From NCBI GenBank assembly GCA_965216635.1, contig OZ244188.1:991058-1055057 (forward strand): a DNA stretch of 64,000 bases, written 5' to 3'. Positions 54,249 to 63,637 of this stretch are shown here, piece by piece (within the stretch, counting starts at the first letter, position 1; each line of letters begins with the position of its first letter). The position numbers and the translations under genes were made by a program. The stretch comes from a bacterium (GTDB lineage: Bacteria; SAR324; XYD2-FULL-50-16; G965216635). Under the pieces are notes generated by a model. It was not told the DNA's origin and made no database searches. It saw nothing but the letters and a program-made list of their open reading frames with translations.

Positions 54249-55682
54249 CTATAAGTTGGTGCGAAAACTTAGCATATACCTTCCCAACTTAAAAGCCGTT
54301 CCATTCCTGATTCTTTTCTTTCTTATATTTCCTCCTCCAAGACCTTCAAGGTTTCTTAAAGAAGAAGTATGGATTCTAACTCTTGTTTTAAATTTCTTGC
54401 CTTTTTTGATTAAAATCAGTTCGTCGTAGGTAGAGAGATTGGGTAAAACCAAAAAAGCATCTGGCCTAGCAGAAATAACATACTTACCCGGTAACAGATT
54501 GCTTAGTTCCATCTTGCTTTTTTCTGTTTTTCCAGTAGATTCCTCCAATCTAGAATTATCATACCAGTAAGTCAATTCTATAAGGGGTTTGAATAGTTGA
54601 TACCTAATACACCTGTATAATATAAAAATTACTATGGCTAATCCAATAAACAAAAGCACAAAATAGACAATAGGTAATTGAGCGAACTTTTCAAAAAAGG
54701 TAAGGGCTATCACATTGACTTGTATATCTTTAGAAAACAATGGACTCCCCGCATCCTGTGGTAGGGCTAAAGAAAATACAACATCATAGATTTTACCTGC
54801 TTCTGTTTCGGGAATAAAGTAGGGCACTACAAAACTATTGGCTCCTTCTTGCAATTGGACATTGAACTTTGCGCTACTTTCTAATTGGAAATTCTTTTTC
54901 TTTTTTTCATCAATCTGTTGTTTGAATATAGGATTGTCTGCTTCTGCTTTAAAAACAAATTTTTTGCCTGCTAATCTATCATTTGCTGAAATTTGCACTT
55001 TAAAAGACTCATTCTTACGGTCTGCAATAAATTTAAAATCTAGAGGAAGTTGTAACGCTACTCCTTTGAGTGTAAAATCATCGTCCAGTAAAGCCAAACT
55101 TTTCTGAACAATGAGGGGATTGTTAATATCTACAATTTTTACACTAACTTGAGGAAATACCTGTTTGATAAGTGTTTCTTGTGCTGTATTTTCTGTTAAA
55201 GCACGGATGTAAAAAACACGTGCTGCGCCTTGGAATCTATCTAGATCAATAGGCGTTTTTGTTGGGGGGTCGTCTAACCCGTCGGATAAGATAAATATAT
55301 GTCGTGCGTAAGATTCTTCTCTGCTAATCTCTTGCACTAATTTTTTTAGCATTGCAGCAGTAAAGGTCCACCCTCCAGAAGAACGATAGCTTTTTACTTT
55401 TTCAAATAGCCCTTCAATATCTTCTTGACTCCTGTCTACTCTTTTTAAAACTCTTGTACTGAAAGTAAGTATACTTACAATATCATCTGCTTTTTTTCGG
55501 CTCAACACTTCTTTGGCTATGGCTTGTATAGGCTCTACCATCTGGTTTTCAGCAACACTGCCACTGGTATCCAATAACAAGATGATGTGCTTGGGTTTTC
55601 CAGAATTTTGCGCTAGGGCTGGTAAAAATCCACCTAAAAATAATACAAGGCAAAGTGATACGATAAATTTATTGAGTTTCAT
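54249..55682 (-). CDS. Secreted/anchored vWA-domain protein
   Basis: Signal peptide, DTSGS MIDAS, LSDGLDD, TM near aa 335-360. Confidence 0.8.
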   Translation of the reverse strand: MKLNKFIVSLCLVLFLGGFLPALAQNSGKPKHIILLLDTSGSVAENQMVEPIQAIAKEVLSRKKADDIVSILTFSTRVLKRVDRSQEDIEGLFEKVKSYRSSGGWTFTAAMLKKLVQEISREESYARHIFILSDGLDDPPTKTPIDLDRFQGAARVFYIRALTENTAQETLIKQVFPQVSVKIVDINNPLIVQKSLALLDDDFTLKGVALQLPLDFKFIADRKNESFKVQISANDRLAGKKFVFKAEADNPIFKQQIDEKKKKNFQLESSAKFNVQLQEGANSFVVPYFIPETEAGKIYDVVFSLALPQDAGSPLFSKDIQVNVIALTFFEKFAQLPIVYFVLLFIGLAIVIFILYRCIRYQLFKPLIELTYWYDNSRLEESTGKTEKSKMELSNLLPGKYVISARPDAFLVLPNLSTYDELILIKKGKKFKTRVRIHTSSLRNLEGLGGGNIRKKRIRNGTAFKLGRYMLSFRTNL

Positions 55683-55726
55683 AGTTATTTAAATAGTTAA
55701 TAGTTAATAGGAATAACACAAGGTTT

Positions 55727-55840
55727 AAGTTTTTTTACACTTTTTAAAAAATTTTTGCAAGTTTTTTTACACTTTTTAAAAAGTTTTTATAACTTTTTTT
55801 ACACTTTTAAAAAAATTTTACACTTTTTAAAAAATTTTTA
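55727..55840. repeat. AT-rich tandem repeat, about 32-bp period
   Basis: TTACACTTTT(T)AAAAA cores at 55736, 55768, 55800 and 55819. Confidence 0.75.
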
Positions 55841-57442
55841 CAACTTTTTCTTATTTTTTTGTCTAAAATTCTCTTTATTTACAGAAATATATTTTTCAAA
55901 AAATTTTTGCAATGCTTTTTTTTGCTCTTCGTTCATATACTCAAAATTTATTCCCCTATCAGTTACTTCCCAAAATTTTTTGTTTTTCACTCCTAAAAGT
56001 TGATTTTTCAACCCTGTAATAGAATGATAGGTTTCTTGTTCTTCAAAAACTTGGACTATCTTCTGTATTAAATTGGTATCCGCCTTATGAGAAAACAGAT
56101 AAGCCGCAAGAATCAACTGCGCTTTTCTGACTCCAGCCTTTGCTATAGGGTGGCTTTGGTTGCTAAAAACATCGTCAAAATTTAAAAACATTTCTAGCAA
56201 TTTTTCAAAATTTTTTACTTTCCTTTCAAAAGGTTTCTTGAGCAGAAATCCAATATCATAAGCAGAAATCATCAATATAAACCAAATTCCACTATCATAA
56301 GCAATTTTACCGTAATATTTAAAGTAAAAAATAATCCTTTCTGCTAAATCTTCCTTGTGATTATCAAAAAGCGCTTCCGCTACTAGACGATATTGATAAA
56401 ACAGATTGAAAATAACTCTTTGATTTTTTTCGTTTAAGGCAAGCCGCAAAAAAGTATTGAAATACTCTATTGTTAAATGAATGCTTTCTTCCTGCTTATT
56501 TATTATAGAGGCTACTCCTATTTTCCGTGTGTTGTAGGTTATAGCGCTGGTTGTATCCGCCATAGTGCGGAAAGAGGTTTTAAAAATCCCCTCCATATTC
56601 ATAAAAATCATACTATCCAGCCAAATCTTTTTTTCTAAAATTTCATTATAGAATTCTTCTGATATATTGATGAAAAAATCAGCAGGAACTACAAACCAAC
56701 TCGGGGGCAGTTCGGATTTAATACTTTGGTAGTTAATTAAAAGGTCGCGTAGTCTATTCACAGAGATTAGGGACATATTTCTATCTTCTTGGCTAGTGGA
56801 GTTTAACGCAGTATCCGAAAGTTGTTCTATAACATTTACCATTTCATTTTGTTTTTTTTCAATATAGGTTTGTTTAGATTTTTTGTGGACTTGACGAAAT
56901 ATTTTCACGGATTTTTTCTGTATTCCAGCCATAATGTTTTCTGGAGATAAAAAATTAAAAACATAACTAAAGTAGGGTAATAATAATCCTATTTGAATAG
57001 AGGTAGAAAAAACTGCAAAAAATGCAGCATAAATGGGAACAAATTGATTCTTGATAGAATAAGTAATAAATATAGTAAAAAGGAGATTAAAAACCATAAA
57101 GAAAAAAAAGAGGCGATTCACATGATTTTCTAAAAACAAATCCGCTAGTTTAGGGGTATATTTTTGGGCTGCTAGCTGAACAACGATCGCGACCACTGTC
57201 AAAACTATACCTAAAATAGCAACATTCAATTCAATAAAATTAGAAATGGAGTTGTAGATATTGTGGGAATCTGTGAAGAAAGTTGCCTTAAAGCTAAAAC
57301 CAGCAGAAAAAAGGCTCAATACCAAATAAATAAGATAACTCCCCAAAACCAATAAAATCAGCGGAAGTATCCAACCTTGGAATAAGTGTTTTATGAGACT
57401 CATTTGATTAGAGCCTTTCCATTTTTTTAGATTTTTTATCAT
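55838..57442 (-). CDS. DUF2254-like membrane protein
   Basis: VVAIVVQLAAQKYTPKL motif, 4 TM helices then helical domain. Confidence 0.7.
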   Translation of the reverse strand: MIKNLKKWKGSNQMSLIKHLFQGWILPLILLVLGSYLIYLVLSLFSAGFSFKATFFTDSHNIYNSISNFIELNVAILGIVLTVVAIVVQLAAQKYTPKLADLFLENHVNRLFFFFMVFNLLFTIFITYSIKNQFVPIYAAFFAVFSTSIQIGLLLPYFSYVFNFLSPENIMAGIQKKSVKIFRQVHKKSKQTYIEKKQNEMVNVIEQLSDTALNSTSQEDRNMSLISVNRLRDLLINYQSIKSELPPSWFVVPADFFINISEEFYNEILEKKIWLDSMIFMNMEGIFKTSFRTMADTTSAITYNTRKIGVASIINKQEESIHLTIEYFNTFLRLALNEKNQRVIFNLFYQYRLVAEALFDNHKEDLAERIIFYFKYYGKIAYDSGIWFILMISAYDIGFLLKKPFERKVKNFEKLLEMFLNFDDVFSNQSHPIAKAGVRKAQLILAAYLFSHKADTNLIQKIVQVFEEQETYHSITGLKNQLLGVKNKKFWEVTDRGINFEYMNEEQKKALQKFFEKYISVNKENFRQKNKKKL

Positions 57443-58002
57443 TTTTTAGTTCCTATTTTTTTCATCAAATTTTGCCTTTCCATTTCTTCGTGGACATATT
57501 TTTTAATTTTTTTATCATCAAATATTTCTGCCAATAGTCTTTGCCTTTTTCTAATATCTAGCAATCTTTGATCGACATGGGTTTGATGTTGGGTTGTTAA
57601 GTTTTCTGCTTGATCTTGGATTATCTGCTCTAATAGCTCATTTTCCATAATTAAAGAATACAAAATATCGCTCCTTTTTTTAGATTCTCCAAAATTTAAA
57701 AGCCCCATTCCTGATAGTTTTCTTCTGTAATCTTCTAATCTTTTTTCGTTTCTCTTGGAGTTATCCTCTAAATTTTGATTTTTCTGTAATAGAGAGTTTT
57801 TATCTTCGTCCCACATTTTTTTGTTTTCTCTTTGGAAGATATTTTTCTCTTTCTCTAGCTCTTTGAATTGTTTTTTTGCTTTTTTTCTAGTAAAACTAGA
57901 ACCTAGTCCCCAACCTAGTCTCAAGGAAACTAACAATACTAGGACAAAAAAACTATAAAAAACAGCCTTATTTTCTACTAATTTTATAATAAAGTCGTGC
58001 AT
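57439..58002 (-). CDS. Membrane-anchored coiled-coil hypothetical protein
   Basis: N-terminal TM, charged heptads; 4-bp overlap with next gene. Confidence 0.65.
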   Translation of the reverse strand: MHDFIIKLVENKAVFYSFFVLVLLVSLRLGWGLGSSFTRKKAKKQFKELEKEKNIFQRENKKMWDEDKNSLLQKNQNLEDNSKRNEKRLEDYRRKLSGMGLLNFGESKKRSDILYSLIMENELLEQIIQDQAENLTTQHQTHVDQRLLDIRKRQRLLAEIFDDKKIKKYVHEEMERQNLMKKIGTKK

Positions 58003-58028
58003 AGTTAAGTGAATTTAAATAAAAAACA

Positions 58029-58192
58029 GAGACCTTTGCTAAACATTCTAAGACTATTGAACTTTAGCATTATAGGAAAGCTAGACAAGGCGCGAAAATT
58101 TTTTACCCAAGAGGAATACTGAAGTATTTTGAGTGATAAAAAATTTGAGCAACGCAGTATAGCTGAACTAGAATGTCTAATTCAATAGTCTC
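58029..58192. mobile_element. Palindromic element with nested second left end
   Basis: GAGACCTTTGCTAAAC then AGACTATTGAAC ... CTAATTCAATAGTCTC. Confidence 0.75.
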
Positions 58193-58263
58193 ATTTTAGT
58201 TTGAAAATCTCGTGTTTTAGATTAAAAAAAGAGTACTACCCGATTATATAAAAAATAGCAAAA

Positions 58264-59235
58264 ATGTTCAAACTTCACTCATATATTTTTAAATTTTTTT
58301 TCACCATTTTTTTAGCAGCGCTTTTTTCCATTATTACTCTAGTCGCTCTTTCTGATTTTATTTTTAATTATAAACCTTCCGTCCATAGTTTTAGCTGGTT
58401 AATAGAAAATATTATCCGCTCCAGTATTTTTTCTCTGGAACTCAGTATTCCTCTATCTTTTATAGCTGCTTTTTGTTTTTTTAGCATCAAATTTAGTAAA
58501 AGTTTTGAATTAAATGCTGCTAGAGTTTTAGGTATTAGTCGCCAGAAGTTAATCCGACCCATCTTTTATTTTAGTGTTTTTTGTGGATTTTTGCTTTATT
58601 GCAATCAAAGTTTTTTTGCTCCTCTATGGAATGCTGATCTACTAAAAAACTATTACAATTTCACTCAAAATTGGTTAATTAGTGGAGATAAAATTATCTA
58701 CTCCAAAACCCAGCCACAAAAAGACATTTTTATTTTTTCTCAAAAAAAAAAAGAACTCAAAATAGAAAAATACAACAGCCAAAAACTAGAAAAAACCTAT
58801 CTCATCCAAGGAGATTCTATTCAAAGCCATCCCAGTTCTCCAGAAACGCAAACAACAGTACCCCAATTCAATTTTAGCAACGAAAATAACTTTTTTTATT
58901 TGAATTTTTCAGAATTATCGCCCCTAGCTTTTGGTAAGCAAAAAAACCCTGTTTTCCAATATATTTTTTTTCAAAAAATAGCTGACATACTTTCTATTTT
59001 TTTTATTTTATTGATTTTATTAGGCAAGCAACCGCACCCTAGAAATCTCAATTTAGAATTAAATACTGTCACCCAAGCCTGTATTGCAGTTTTATTTTTA
59101 TTTACAAATCAGCTAGGTTTTTTTATGTTTGAAGCAGGGGTAGCTAGTGCATTTTTTGCTGCTTTTGGTAATTATTTTTTTTGGACTATTTTTTTAATCG
59201 CTCGTAGTACGAGCTATCAACTTCGTCGCACATGA
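58264..59235 (+). CDS. LptF/LptG-family permease (divergent)
   Basis: ELSIP...FSKSFELNAARVLGIS...LIRP motif; 3+3 TM layout. Confidence 0.7.
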   Translation: MFKLHSYIFKFFFTIFLAALFSIITLVALSDFIFNYKPSVHSFSWLIENIIRSSIFSLELSIPLSFIAAFCFFSIKFSKSFELNAARVLGISRQKLIRPIFYFSVFCGFLLYCNQSFFAPLWNADLLKNYYNFTQNWLISGDKIIYSKTQPQKDIFIFSQKKKELKIEKYNSQKLEKTYLIQGDSIQSHPSSPETQTTVPQFNFSNENNFFYLNFSELSPLAFGKQKNPVFQYIFFQKIADILSIFFILLILLGKQPHPRNLNLELNTVTQACIAVLFLFTNQLGFFMFEAGVASAFFAAFGNYFFWTIFLIARSTSYQLRRT

Positions 59236-59657
59236 ACTTTAAAAAAACAAATTCTAGAATAGCAGCTATCAAAATATACTATCAAAAACAAAGACTAGGC
59301 AATTCTCAGCTAGGAGAGACAATTATAAACCAAAAAATGATAAAAAATCTCACTCAAGAAGAACAAACATACACACAAGAAATGCTTACTTTTCAACAAG
59401 AAAATAAAAACTATATAGACAAACTTATTCAAAAACACTTAAAACACTGGAAACAAAATCGCCTACTCACAGTTATCAATAGTATTTTAAGTTTAGCCAT
59501 TACAGAAAAATTGCTACACCCCAAACTTGCAAAAAATATTATTATCAACGAATTTCTGGAAATTACTAGAACACTGAGCGAAGAAAAATCAGTCGCTTTT
59601 TGTAATGGAATTTTAAGTAGTGTATTTGCTGAAATAGAAACCAATAGAAACCAATAG
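59232..59657 (+). CDS. nusB: Transcription antitermination factor NusB
   Basis: SRIAAI..YQ, HWKQNRL, IIINEFLEI, FCNGIL. Confidence 0.8.
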   Translation: MNFKKTNSRIAAIKIYYQKQRLGNSQLGETIINQKMIKNLTQEEQTYTQEMLTFQQENKNYIDKLIQKHLKHWKQNRLLTVINSILSLAITEKLLHPKLAKNIIINEFLEITRTLSEEKSVAFCNGILSSVFAEIETNRNQ

Positions 59658-59720
59658 AAACCAATAGAAACCAATAGAAACCAATAGAAACCAATAGAAA
59701 CCAATAGAAACCAATAAAAA
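59641..59720. repeat. 10-bp tandem repeat CCAATAGAAA x7 plus variant
   Basis: Direct reading. Confidence 0.97.
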
Positions 59721-59729
59721 AAAATAAAA

Positions 59730-60494
59730 GTGGCTCTATCTTATCTACTATCCATAGCCCCCATGGCAGGCTACACCAACAGCCAATACCGTCAGAAGCT
59801 GAGACTAATCACAAAAAAAACACTACTTTTCACTGAAATGGTAACAAGTCACGCTATTCTTAGGGGAGACATGCATAGATTTTTGAATTTTCAGCAATGC
59901 GAAAAACCAGTAGTTTTTCAAATCGCCGGCAACGAACCACAAGCACTCACAGAATGCGCCAGCGCTATTGAAGATTACGGCTACGACGGCATCAACCTCA
60001 ATATAGGCTGCCCTAGTCCCAAAGTACTAAAAGGAGATTTTGGAGTTTGTTTGATGGGAAAGCCAGAACTCGTTGCCGAATCTATCTATCAAATGAAAAA
60101 AAAAACTTCCCTTCCCATCAGCGTAAAAACAAGATTAGGTTTTGATAATAATGATTCCCCTGAATTTTTAGAAAAATTTATTCGCCACTGTGCAGCTGCA
60201 GGTTGCGGAGTTTTTTTTATTCACGCAAGAAAAGCTTTACTCAACCTCAAACCACGCCAAAACAGAAGCATACCTCCTTTGCAATACGACAGTGCTAAAG
60301 AAGTAAAAAAAAAATTCCCCAAGTTAAAAATTATTATCAACGGAGGCATAACCTCTTTAGAACAAGCAAAAACTCTTTTACAAGATTTTGATGGAGCTAT
60401 GATTGGAAGAACTGCTTGTAAAAACCCATCCCTATTCCAAACAGCCGATAGTTACTTTTTCCAAGAAAAAGACCCCTCACCAACCCAGCAATAA
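59730..60494 (+). CDS. dusA: tRNA dihydrouridine synthase A (apparently C-terminally short)
   Basis: APMAG, TEMV, INLNIGCPS, SVKTRLG, HARKA..L.P.QNR.IPPL, INGGI. Confidence 0.85.
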   Translation: MALSYLLSIAPMAGYTNSQYRQKLRLITKKTLLFTEMVTSHAILRGDMHRFLNFQQCEKPVVFQIAGNEPQALTECASAIEDYGYDGINLNIGCPSPKVLKGDFGVCLMGKPELVAESIYQMKKKTSLPISVKTRLGFDNNDSPEFLEKFIRHCAAAGCGVFFIHARKALLNLKPRQNRSIPPLQYDSAKEVKKKFPKLKIIINGGITSLEQAKTLLQDFDGAMIGRTACKNPSLFQTADSYFFQEKDPSPTQQ

Positions 60495-60559
60495 ACCTTT
60501 GAATATAAAAACTTATGGTGCAATCTTTACAGAAAGTTTTATTAAAGAACTTGGTGAAC

Positions 60560-60900
60560 TATAAAAATTTTAGACCTTTGAATTTCGCTGATGCTTATTT
60601 AACTATGGGGCTAAGCAAGGAGAGTTATAAAAATTTTAGACCTTTGAATTTCGCTGATGCTTATTTAACTATGGGGCTAAGCAAGGGAAGTTATAAAAAT
60701 TTTAGACCTTTGAATTCCGCTGCTGCTTATTTAACTATGGGGATAAGCAAGGGGAATTATAAAAATTTTAGACCTTTGAATTTCGCTGATGCTTATTTAA
60801 CTATGGGGATAAGCAAGGGGAATTATAAAAATTTTAGACCTTTGAATTTCGCTGATGCTTATTTAACTATGGGGATAAGCAAGGGGAATTATAAAAATTT
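60560..60900. repeat. 5x66-bp tandem array, each unit carrying one element end
   Basis: Units start at 60560, 60626, 60692, 60758 and 60824; each has TAGACCTTTGAATT(T/C)CGCTG(A/C)TGC. Confidence 0.95.
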
Positions 60901-61410
60901 GATTAAAGCTAGAAGTAACCCCGATACTACTAAATAAGTTACTGTTATCCACTTAATCAAACTATTTTTGTTTTTTTCTGCTTCTGTGCGAAGTTTTTCT
61001 ATTTTCAGGTTGGTAGTGTTTTGATTTTCCGATATAATTGTTTCTAGGTCTCTTTTAATGACTAACTCCAAAATCTTTAAATCTTTTTTTGTAGCCTCTT
61101 TAATGCCTAATTCCAAAATCTTTAAATCTTTTTTTGTAGCCTCTTTAATGACTAACTCCAAAATCTTTAAATCTTTTTTTGTAGCCTCTTTAATGCCTAA
61201 CTCCAAAATCTTTAAATCTTTTTTTGTAGCTGCATCATTGGGATTGTTTAAATCTAGAGTATTCTCAGTCGCAAAATCTAAAGTATGAATAAACTTTTTC
61301 TCAAAAATTTCTGTAATCTCCTCTGCTTTTTTTTGATTCGCACCTAGACTGAGGAAAAAATCCATTATTTTAGCATAGGTTTCTGTGTGCTTTTTATTTG
61401 AAGATAACAT
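60889..61410 (-). CDS. DUF1640/CCDC90-like coiled-coil protein with C-terminal TM
   Basis: (ATKKDLKILEL[G/V]IK[E/R])x4, LIKW + TM end. Confidence 0.75.
   Translation of the reverse strand: MLSSNKKHTETYAKIMDFFLSLGANQKKAEEITEIFEKKFIHTLDFATENTLDLNNPNDAATKKDLKILELGIKEATKKDLKILELVIKEATKKDLKILELGIKEATKKDLKILELVIKRDLETIISENQNTTNLKIEKLRTEAEKNKNSLIKWITVTYLVVSGLLLALIKFL
61052..61230 (-). repeat. 4x45-bp coding repeat (alternating 90-bp dimer)
   Basis: Direct reading. Confidence 0.92.
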
Positions 61411-61552
61411 TCTATTTTATAGACAAAGTAGTAATACTATGAAATTAAAGAAAATCTATTCCTTTTTTCTTATAAAGTCAATTTCTAAAGATGCTACCCT
61501 GATTTTTGAAAAAATGAGACCTTAAAAGTTAAAAAACACATATTCGCATCGT

Positions 61553-61581
61553 TTCACTTTTTCTTGACTGGGTGTTATAAT
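61553..61581 (+). promoter_or_regulatory. Putative mod promoter
   Basis: TTCACT-17-TATAAT with extended -10 TG. Confidence 0.6.
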
Positions 61582-61609
61582 AAAAACATTCTTAAACTAA
61601 AAAAATCAA

Positions 61610-63637
61610 ATGAAAAAACAACCCCCAGTAGAACCAATAGTAAAACCCCCAGTAGAACCAATAGTAGAACCCCCAGTAAAGCCAATAGTAGAGCCAATAA
61701 TAAAGCAAAAGAGCAAACAGGATAAGCTAATAGAAGTCTTTCAAAAACACTTTCCGCAAGCATTGCAAGAAACCGAAAACGGTTATTTGGTAGATAAAGA
61801 GCAGCTGCAAAGAGCATTAGAGCCAAAAAACTGCAAAGTAACAGACGAGGCATTGGAGTTACGCTGGGTAGGAAAAAAAGAGGCTTACCATTCTGGTTAT
61901 AGTCTTGGCGCTAAAATAATCCAGCCCCTAAAAAACCAAAGCAAAGATTTTGAAAACACGGGCAATGTTTTAATCAAAGGAGATAATTTAGACGCCTTAA
62001 AACTGCTACAAAATAATTATTTTGAGCGAGTGAAAATGATCTATATTGACCCACCCTACAATACCCAAAACGACGGTTTTATCTACCGCGATAATTTTAG
62101 CCAAACCCAAGAGCAAATTTTGGAAGAGCTAGGCTACAGCAAAGAGGACAAAGAATACATCAAAAACATAGCGGGAGCAAAAACCCATAGCGGTTGGCTC
62201 AGTTTTATCTATCCGCGTCTGCTTTTGGCAAGAGAGTTACTTCGGGACGATGGAGTGATTTTTATTAGCATAGACGACAACGAGCAAGCAAACCTAAAAC
62301 TACTCTGCGACGAAGTTTTTGGAGAAATGAATTTTGTTGCTTTAATTATTGTAAAGTCAAACCCTGGAGGTAGAGATTATGGCGGAATAGCTGTTACTCA
62401 CGAATATGTTCTTGTTTATAGAAAAACTGATATTACAGAATTAAATTTGATTGAAGATAAGAATAAAAAATTTGATTTTCAAGACAATATAAGTCCTTTT
62501 GTTGTTAGAGAATTAAGAAATCGGAATGTCAAATTCAATATAGATAACAGACCAAATTTACATTATCCATTTTATGTAAATCTCAATAAACAGGACAAGA
62601 ACGGATTATTTGAAATTTCATTAGAAAAACAAAAAGATTGGGTAGAAGTATTCCCTTTAGAATCTCAAGGAATTAAAACTGTTTGGAGATGGGGTAAAGA
62701 AAAAGTATTAAAAAATATTAATATAGAAGTTAAAGCAAAAAAGAAACAAGATGGAAAATTTCAAATTGTAGAAAAATATAGAAGCAATTTTAAAAGAGAA
62801 AGGTCTATTTTTGATGAAAAAAATGTTAGAAATGAAGCGGGTACTTTATCTATAAAAGAGATTTTTGTAGAAAAAAACCCTTTTGGCTACCCTAAAAGTA
62901 TTTTTTTGATTCAAAGATTGATAAATCTAGGTGCTGATAAAAACGATATTATCCTAGATTTTTTTGCTGGTAGCGGAACGACTGGAGACGCAGTGATGCG
63001 GCTCAACGCCGAAGACGGAGGCAATCGCAGGTTTGTTTTAGTGCAACAAGCAGAAGCCATAGACAAAAAGAAAAATAAAGAAGCTTATGAATTTGTGCAA
63101 AACGAACTCAAAAAAGAGCCGACTATTTTTGAAATTGCAGCCGAAAGACTCCGCAGAGCTGGAGCTAAAATTGAAAAAGAACAAAAAGAAAAACCACCAG
63201 AACTACAACAAAACAACCCCCAAAAACTAGATACAGGTTTTAGAATATTTGAACTAACAGAAGACAGCAAAAATAAAATTTACCCCGTAAAAAAATCCAC
63301 ACAAACCCAACTAATAGGTAATTTGCCGAAAAATACTATCTGTAGCGATGAGACAATACTTTACAATATGCTACTAGGAGCTGGCTTTTCCTTAGACCAG
63401 AAAATAAATTGCCTCATCAAAGACGCCTGCTACCTAGTCAAAGAGCATCTTTTTATTTTGCAAGAATTTGACTTGGATAAAAAGAACGAAAAAAGCAAAA
63501 AAAACGAAGCCATCCTTGAAAAAGCTGAAGCAGAATACGCCCACATTTACAACTGCAATATTACCGACGACGAATTTACCTACAACCTCACAAAATTCAT
63601 CAAAAGAGAAAAAATCACACTAAAAGAGCCCCTATGA
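61610..63637 (+). CDS. mod: Type III R-M adenine methyltransferase (Mod)
   Basis: IKGDNL, IYIDPPYN, WLSFIYPRL, FISIDDNE, DFFAGSGTT; N-terminal (PPVEPIV[K/E])x3. Confidence 0.92.
   Translation: MKKQPPVEPIVKPPVEPIVEPPVKPIVEPIIKQKSKQDKLIEVFQKHFPQALQETENGYLVDKEQLQRALEPKNCKVTDEALELRWVGKKEAYHSGYSLGAKIIQPLKNQSKDFENTGNVLIKGDNLDALKLLQNNYFERVKMIYIDPPYNTQNDGFIYRDNFSQTQEQILEELGYSKEDKEYIKNIAGAKTHSGWLSFIYPRLLLARELLRDDGVIFISIDDNEQANLKLLCDEVFGEMNFVALIIVKSNPGGRDYGGIAVTHEYVLVYRKTDITELNLIEDKNKKFDFQDNISPFVVRELRNRNVKFNIDNRPNLHYPFYVNLNKQDKNGLFEISLEKQKDWVEVFPLESQGIKTVWRWGKEKVLKNINIEVKAKKKQDGKFQIVEKYRSNFKRERSIFDEKNVRNEAGTLSIKEIFVEKNPFGYPKSIFLIQRLINLGADKNDIILDFFAGSGTTGDAVMRLNAEDGGNRRFVLVQQAEAIDKKKNKEAYEFVQNELKKEPTIFEIAAERLRRAGAKIEKEQKEKPPELQQNNPQKLDTGFRIFELTEDSKNKIYPVKKSTQTQLIGNLPKNTICSDETILYNMLLGAGFSLDQKINCLIKDACYLVKEHLFILQEFDLDKKNEKSKKNEAILEKAEAEYAHIYNCNITDDEFTYNLTKFIKREKITLKEPL

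Noticed and set aside
55755-56003. 82-aa plus-strand ORF
   Set aside because: Derived from AT-rich repeats and antisense to the DUF2254-like gene.
59429-59704. 91-aa minus-strand ORF
   Set aside because: Product of the 10-bp repeat, antisense to nusB.
60560-60900. CRISPR array or 140-aa repeat protein (ORF 60515-60937)
   Set aside because: Units are near-identical over their full 66 bp with no unique spacers and no cas genes; the ORF is a read-through of the repeat, antisense to the DUF1640 end.
61622-61705. Classical phasevarion switch in mod
   Set aside because: Repeat unit is 24 bp (sub-unit 12 bp), so copy changes keep the frame.
61575-61853. 92-aa Leu-rich minus-strand ORF
   Set aside because: Antisense reading of the mod N-terminal repeats.
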